In this document: positions 58,822-64,000 of the stretch, piece after piece
Layout of the letters: each line of letters begins with the position of its first letter
Position numbering within the stretch: position 1 is the stretch's first letter
Assembly: GCA_026936335.1 (NCBI GenBank)
Contig: JAPMXV010000038.1
Location: forward strand, 124,001-188,000
Source: Mantamonas sphyraenae STR306
Taxonomy: Eukaryota; Protista; CRuMs
DNA length: 64,000 nt
Reading direction: 5' to 3'
Notes under the pieces: generated by a model
Databases searched by the model: none
Told to the model about the DNA's origin: nothing
Seen by the model: only the letters and a program-made list of their open reading frames with translations
Program-made: the position numbers and the translations under genes

Positions 58822-61242
58822 ATGGGTGCTTCGCCGTCCAAATGGCGCCGCAGAAACGCAGGCGCAAAAGACACGGCAGAGGCGTCGTCGACGACGAGGA
58901 TAGCAACGGGGGCGGCGGAGGAGCGGCAGCACGAACAGCTGCCTACGTTGCCATCGTCGGCCAAGAGTGACACGAGCAGCACGAGCAGCAGTAGCAACGG
59001 AAGCAGCAACGAGGGTGATGAAGATGTGGAGGAGAAGGAGGTGGTGGAGGAGGACGAGGGCAAGGCCGATGGGGAGCAGGAACAGGAGGAGGCAAGTGTG
59101 CGGCAGCGTGAAGCAGCAGCAGCAAGTCCTCCACCGACGCCGTCGCCGTCGACACCGTCACCAAGGGTGGAAGCGCTGGCGGGGAGACGTGGAAGGTCAC
59201 TTTCGCTGTCGATTGCCACGCCGAGACCACCCAAGGTGTCGCACAGGCTACGACAGCGGACAAATAGCATCCGCAGTTTGCACAGCAGCGGCAGCCGTGA
59301 GGAACTCATACCCAAACAACAGGAGCAGCAGCAGCAGCAGCAGCAGGACGAACACACACACGTCACCATCATTGAACTTATTGAAGAACACCAGAAACAA
59401 CAGCAGCAGCAGAGCGGCAGTGGCAGTTCCGCCTCGCTTTCGCCTCTCACTTTGCCCGAAGTGGCGAGCAGCAAAGCCGCAGCAACAGCGTCGCCCCTGG
59501 CACGCTCTGCCATGAACCAGGCCGCTTCACAGATGCATGGCAGCAGCAGCAGCAGCGGTGGGAACAGTGGAGGCTACACAGGCGAGCCTACTCCACCACA
59601 GTCGACACCATCGCCGCCGGCGGGCGGCGGACGGAATCGTTCGGGAAGCCTTGCCATCTCTCCGCGAGCCTCCTGGGAACGGCTACGGAGTCGTTCACGG
59701 TCGTTGTCGCTGTCACCATTGCGTCCGCGGAGTGCATCACATGCAGTGAGCAGCAGCAGCAGCAGCAGCAGACGTGGCACGGTGCTGGAAACGGTGCCCG
59801 AAACAGAGAAGGAAGCGGAGACGCAGAAGGAACCGCCGGTGCAGCTGCTGGACTTGCCGGACGAGTTGTTGGTACACATTGCGGCGATGGTGGATGCGGA
59901 GGAGCGAATGGGGATGGTGCAAAGCTGTGTGGATTTGCAGCGTGTGTGCCGAGACGAGTTTCTGTGGCAAGAGGCAGTGTTTCGCAGGCGCAAGGTGGCC
60001 CACGTGGACAGGGACAGTGTGCTCCAGTTGGCTCCGTATATGAGCCGTATGCACACGCTGGACGCGGCGGGCATTGGAGAGGTGTTGGACAACGAGGTGT
60101 TGCAGCAGATGACGGCACGTGCAGGGGCACAGCTCCTTCGTCTGCTGCTACGCGACTGTACCCTCATCAACGACAAGGGGTTGGGCCGTGCAGCCATGCA
60201 ATGTCAACAGCTGCGCTACTTGGATGCATCTGGGTGCGTGCAAATCACAGACCGAGCGTTGGGCAGCATTTCCGTGAGCTGCACGCGGCTGTTGGAGCTG
60301 CGTGTGCCAGGCTCACGTGTCACAGACGCAGGAGTCAAGGCACTGGCCATGGGCTGTCGCATGCTCAACACCCTGTGCATGCCACAGTGCACACGGGTCA
60401 CAGACAGGGGCGTCAAGTACTTGTGCAAGTTTTGCCCCGATCTGATCCGCCTGGACCTCAGTGGAGGTGACATTGGCAGCAAGGGCGCCAAACGACTTGC
60501 GTACTCACTCCGCTTTCTGGAGGAGCTGGACCTGTGGCGGTGCCACGTGGAGGATGACACGGCGTTGCGAATCTGGGGCAACGACGGCAACCTGCGCAGC
60601 CTTCGGTATGGCAACGCGGCAGAAAGCAGCATTGGCGATGAGGCGTTGGCGCAGTTGGTGCACGGTTGTCCGCGTCTCACGCGGCTGTGGGTGGCCCACT
60701 GCACGCAGGTGACGGACGAGGGCGCGTGTGTTGTTGCCAGCATGTGTGGGACGCAACTTACGGAATTGCACCTGCGTGGCACACGTCAGCTCACAGATCG
60801 CACCTGTCTCTACCTGGGTCTCAGCTGTCCCAACCTGCGCAGTGTGGAACTGTGCGACTGTTTCCAGATCACCGACGCCGGCCTCGAATCCCTCGCTGTG
60901 GGCTGCCCGATGCTGCGTTCCGTCGACTTGCACGGCTGCGACGCCCTCACTGCTCTCGCCTGTCGATCGCTGGCCTACCATTGCGGAGGTAGCATCGAAC
61001 ACGTGGACATGGCGGGCTGCGTGCGTGTCGCAGGCCGCGCCCTAGAGTACCTCGCTGACGGCGCCACTGTCCTCCAGTATCTCAACGTCAACTGTGCCCA
61101 ATTGGTCGACGAGCGCCAGCTGCGTCGCCTCGTCAAGGCGTGTCCTGGTGTGCGTGTGGTATTGGGAGTTGAGTCGGGCGTAGCCAAGACACGGGCACGA
61201 CTCTTGAGTCAAAAGTATGGCGCACAGGTTGTGTTGACGTGA
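58822..61242 (+). CDS. F-box/LRR protein (FBXL-like) with long disordered N-terminus
   Basis: F-box LLDLPDELLVHI...LW followed by many Cys-containing LRRs (CxxITD). MG start is a possible myristoylation site. Confidence 0.9.
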   Translation: MGASPSKWRRRNAGAKDTAEASSTTRIATGAAEERQHEQLPTLPSSAKSDTSSTSSSSNGSSNEGDEDVEEKEVVEEDEGKADGEQEQEEASVRQREAAAASPPPTPSPSTPSPRVEALAGRRGRSLSLSIATPRPPKVSHRLRQRTNSIRSLHSSGSREELIPKQQEQQQQQQQDEHTHVTIIELIEEHQKQQQQQSGSGSSASLSPLTLPEVASSKAAATASPLARSAMNQAASQMHGSSSSSGGNSGGYTGEPTPPQSTPSPPAGGGRNRSGSLAISPRASWERLRSRSRSLSLSPLRPRSASHAVSSSSSSSRRGTVLETVPETEKEAETQKEPPVQLLDLPDELLVHIAAMVDAEERMGMVQSCVDLQRVCRDEFLWQEAVFRRRKVAHVDRDSVLQLAPYMSRMHTLDAAGIGEVLDNEVLQQMTARAGAQLLRLLLRDCTLINDKGLGRAAMQCQQLRYLDASGCVQITDRALGSISVSCTRLLELRVPGSRVTDAGVKALAMGCRMLNTLCMPQCTRVTDRGVKYLCKFCPDLIRLDLSGGDIGSKGAKRLAYSLRFLEELDLWRCHVEDDTALRIWGNDGNLRSLRYGNAAESSIGDEALAQLVHGCPRLTRLWVAHCTQVTDEGACVVASMCGTQLTELHLRGTRQLTDRTCLYLGLSCPNLRSVELCDCFQITDAGLESLAVGCPMLRSVDLHGCDALTALACRSLAYHCGGSIEHVDMAGCVRVAGRALEYLADGATVLQYLNVNCAQLVDERQLRRLVKACPGVRVVLGVESGVAKTRARLLSQKYGAQVVLT

Positions 61243-61369
61243 ATGAAAGGACGTTGAGTGAGGTGAGTGTGGATGGGACGTCGATGAGAAAATCAGAAGA
61301 AAAAATTCCTCTTCTCGTCAATTGCGGTTCTCCATCCATCCAAAATCCCCACATCAACACTCGACAAAA

Positions 61370-62837
61370 ATGTCCATGTCCCGCGCCGGCATCAGTGGCT
61401 TCTCCCTGCGTCTTCCGCAACTGCGCGTGCCTCTTGGCACGTGGGCAGAGTGGACGGGTGCCAACCCGAGCAAGATCGAGGCTGTGGTTGGCCGCAGCTT
61501 CCGTGTGTGCAGCCCGCAACAAAACGCATACACTCTGGCCGCAGACGCCGTCCTCGACCTGATTGAACGCTACGACGTGGACCCGGCCGACATTGGCATG
61601 CTTGCTCTGGGCACCGAGTCGAGCACAGACAACGCCGCGGGAGCGGTTCTCGTGCGCGGCATGCTGGACGACGCATTGCCCACACTTGGTCGCAACCGCA
61701 TTTCGCGCGCGTGTGAGGTGCCGGAATTCAAGCACGCCTGCTTGGGCGGCATTTACGCACTCAAGGCAGCCTCGCGCTACCTGGAGGCCGACGGACGCGG
61801 ACGACGCGCCATTGTGGTGGCGTCGGACATTGCCGAGTACGAACGTGGCAGCACGGGCGAACAAACGCAGGGTGCCGGCGCCGTGGCAATGTTGGTGGAC
61901 ACGGAAGCGGCGCTGTGTTCGTTGGATTTGGCGCACAGCGGTTCCTCCTCGGCATACCGCGGCCTGGACTTTCGCAAGCCCATCGCACGTCACAGCGAAC
62001 CCACGTACGCCCCTCAGACCGACCGTCTCCATGACTTTCCCATCTTCAACGGCGCATACAGCACCCAATGCTACGTGGAAGCCACGGTGCGTGCTCTGGA
62101 CGCCATGTTTGAGCGCCTCCCCGGTCCGCGCGCTGCATTTTTCGACAGCCTGGCTGCCGTGGCCTGCCACCGTCCCTACGAGCACATGCCCATGCAGGCC
62201 ATGGCTGCGGCCATGGTATGGAGTGTCGGACGTGACGGAGGCGTCGATGCCCTCGCTGCCTTGTGCGAGGACTCCGGGGTCGACCCTGTGCAGGTGAACC
62301 AGGAGATCGAAAGCACTCCCGACCTCTTTGCCCTCGTGCAGGAGCAGGGGATCAACGTGTCGCCCTCGCCTGCCTTCATGGCTCTTACGGGTGCCTTTCG
62401 ACGCAGCGACGCCTTCAAGGCCTTTGCCGAGGAGAAGATGCGGCTGGGCAGCGCGGTGACATGCGAACTTGGCAACTCTCTACACGGGCTCCCTGCCGGC
62501 CTGGCTGGGGGCGACCTTTGAGGACGCCCATGCCAAGGAGCTGGATCTGGCCGACAAGACCATCCTCGCGGTTGGGTACGGCTCAGGCGATGCGGCAGAG
62601 GCCATCCCCATGCAAGTGGCGTCCAACTGGCGCGAGGCGGCCTCGAAGATTGCCTTTTCCGAAGCGCTGCAGGACTCGTTTGATCTGTCGCGTGAGCAGT
62701 ACGAAATGCTGCACGACGGCAAAGAGGTGCAGGGCCTGCCCCAGGGCAAGGGCTTTGTCATCACCCGCGTTGGCCAGACCTACGAGGAGCACTTTCAAGA
62801 CCTGGGCATCGACTTCTACGGCTATGCCCGGGAGTGA
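61370..62837 (+). CDS. HMGS: Hydroxymethylglutaryl-CoA synthase (non-canonical type); apparent +1 frameshift at 62477
   Basis: GTESSTDN, EFKHACLGG (catalytic Cys), SDIAEY, GEQTQGAGAVAM, DFRKP, HRPY, GN^LYTGSL, GYGSG. Removing the t at 62477 joins ORFs 61322 and 62469. Confidence 0.9.
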
Positions 62838-63145
62838 GGCAGGGAAACGCGTGTTGGGGGCAAGTCGAATCCCCGCCCTTTGCCCGTTTCTCTCCCCCCC
62901 TCCCGGGTGTGTCCCCACCGGATGAGAGGGCGCCATTCGGAGCCCCTCCTTCTGGAGGCGGGATTTCTCGGAGGAAGAGGAAGAGCACGATGCGCAGCGC
63001 ACGCCGGGACTCCTTCCCCAATTCCAAAAACAACAACAAACAGCACACGATTGCATACTTCCATCGCATTGCCTCTGTTGTGCGTTGAGTGAGCGCCAAC
63101 AAGGGTGAAATCGTTTGTGCATTGCTTGGTGGCGCTCCTTTTTGT

Positions 63146-64000
63146 TCACATCCTGCACACATAGCTGTTGCTGTGGGTGATGTAACGGACCCAGCGGTAG
63201 GGGACGTAGTTTGTGTTGCGTTCAATGACACGGAGGAAGCGGATGTTGACGTTGCTGCAGTTGTACATGGGGATCTCAAAGTCGACGGAGATGGGCCCGA
63301 TTTCGCGCTTGACGCCGCTGTTGCTGCCGCTGTTGCTAAAGGGGATAAACACCTTGGCACGGATAAAGGTCTCAACGCCTCCCGGGAACTTCTTGATGGT
63401 CCAAATGAGCATGTTGTCGCTCTGCTTAAACTCCCAGGACTGGCCGACGGCCCCCACAGCCATTTCGCAAGATACGTTGTTGGTGCTCTTGGGCAGGGGC
63501 AGGCGCACGACGACGTTGTTGCCGTTTGCATTCTCCGGGATGTCTGCGCGGACCTTGAGGAGGACATCGATGCGAGTGGCGCTGACCTCCTCCACAAAGG
63601 GAAAGATGCGGAACGGGGTGCGGAACTCGCTGCTGATGCGATAGCGCATGAGTTCAAACTCACCCTCGGGCGGCTGGAAGACCATGGTGCGTTCGGCCTC
63701 AAAGAGGTCGAGGTTGACACACTCGTGGAAGTTGGCGTCGTCCAGGACAACCATGCCATAGGAGGTGGACGAACCACGTCCAATGACCAGCTCCTCGTTG
63801 AGAGCCAGTCGCAGCTCTGGATAGCCGCCCAGGTAGGATTTCATCTGGATGCAGCCGTCGATCTCCGACCGAAGCACGTCGCCGTTGCTGTTGAAGAGCA
63901 CAGTGAGGCGCTCCAGGAGGTCGACAAAGATTTCGTTGCGGTCCTTGCGTGCAGAAGAGACGTTGGTTGCGATGGGCTTGTTTGTGGATGTGCTGGGTGT
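63146..64000 (-). CDS. AP4M1: AP-4 complex mu subunit (3' part; 5' end lies outside the window)
   Basis: NEIFVDLLERLTVLF, IDGCIQMKSYLGGYPELRLALNE, FQPPEGEFELMRYR, PYRWVRYITHSNSYVCRM*. Confidence 0.9.
   Translation of the reverse strand, partial: TPSTSTNKPIATNVSSARKDRNEIFVDLLERLTVLFNSNGDVLRSEIDGCIQMKSYLGGYPELRLALNEELVIGRGSSTSYGMVVLDDANFHECVNLDLFEAERTMVFQPPEGEFELMRYRISSEFRTPFRIFPFVEEVSATRIDVLLKVRADIPENANGNNVVVRLPLPKSTNNVSCEMAVGAVGQSWEFKQSDNMLIWTIKKFPGGVETFIRAKVFIPFSNSGSNSGVKREIGPISVDFEIPMYNCSNVNIRFLRVIERNTNYVPYRWVRYITHSNSYVCRM

Noticed and set aside
915-62480. Programmed ribosomal frameshifting or an alternative genetic code
   Set aside because: The indel sites share no slippery or stop motif. 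TAA, TAG and TGA all terminate conserved proteins at expected positions, and no in-frame stops remain after splicing.
25746-62837. Sterol/lipid gene cluster (Patched pair, hydratase, thioesterase, HMGS)
   Set aside because: The genes are spread over 37 kb among unrelated housekeeping genes; no evidence of clustering.
62863-62875. 'gtcgaatcccc' as a tRNA T-loop
   Set aside because: It lacks GTTCRA and no cloverleaf can be built.
63055-63066. 'atacttccat' as the U1 snRNA 5' end
   Set aside because: It does not match AUACUUACCUG and no Sm site follows.

Overview
Very gene-dense, GC-rich eukaryotic nuclear DNA from a unicellular organism that is probably flagellated (ENKD1 and an RPxS/T-rich orphan are present). 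The lineage cannot be fixed from this window. By hand I resolve 32 protein-coding genes (about one per 2 kb; the first and last are cut by the window edges) and 30 spliceosomal introns of 65-398 nt (29 GT-AG, 1 probable GC-AG; branch-like CTCAC/CTGAC/CTAAC). Intergenic gaps are often only 9-90 nt. Genes include PAXX-like, GH15 hydrolase, M17 aminopeptidase, a divergent mitochondrial Hsp70 head-to-head with TIM23, ENKD1, mitochondrial NDK, calcineurin A, a ChAP (exomer adaptor), LMBRD2-like, two tandem Patched/SSD RND proteins, Clu-TPR, YJU2B, LCMT1, SLX9, RFC1, a tail-anchored hydratase/pseudo-dehydrogenase, vinculin-like, SLC35F5, ZSWIM2-like, ThrRS, ITPK1, WDR83, a hotdog thioesterase, F-box/LRR, a non-canonical HMG-CoA synthase and AP4M1. 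No rRNA, tRNA, CRISPR or mobile element was recognised. Six small indels break otherwise intact genes and look like consensus errors. The most unusual pattern is a polarised intron grammar: (GT)n/G-rich sequence after the donor, and (CA)n instead of a polypyrimidine tract before the acceptor, so the two ends are complementary. Also notable are the extreme compaction and a recurrent TGAA at 3' ends. All family assignments come from motif recognition by eye; no database search was run.
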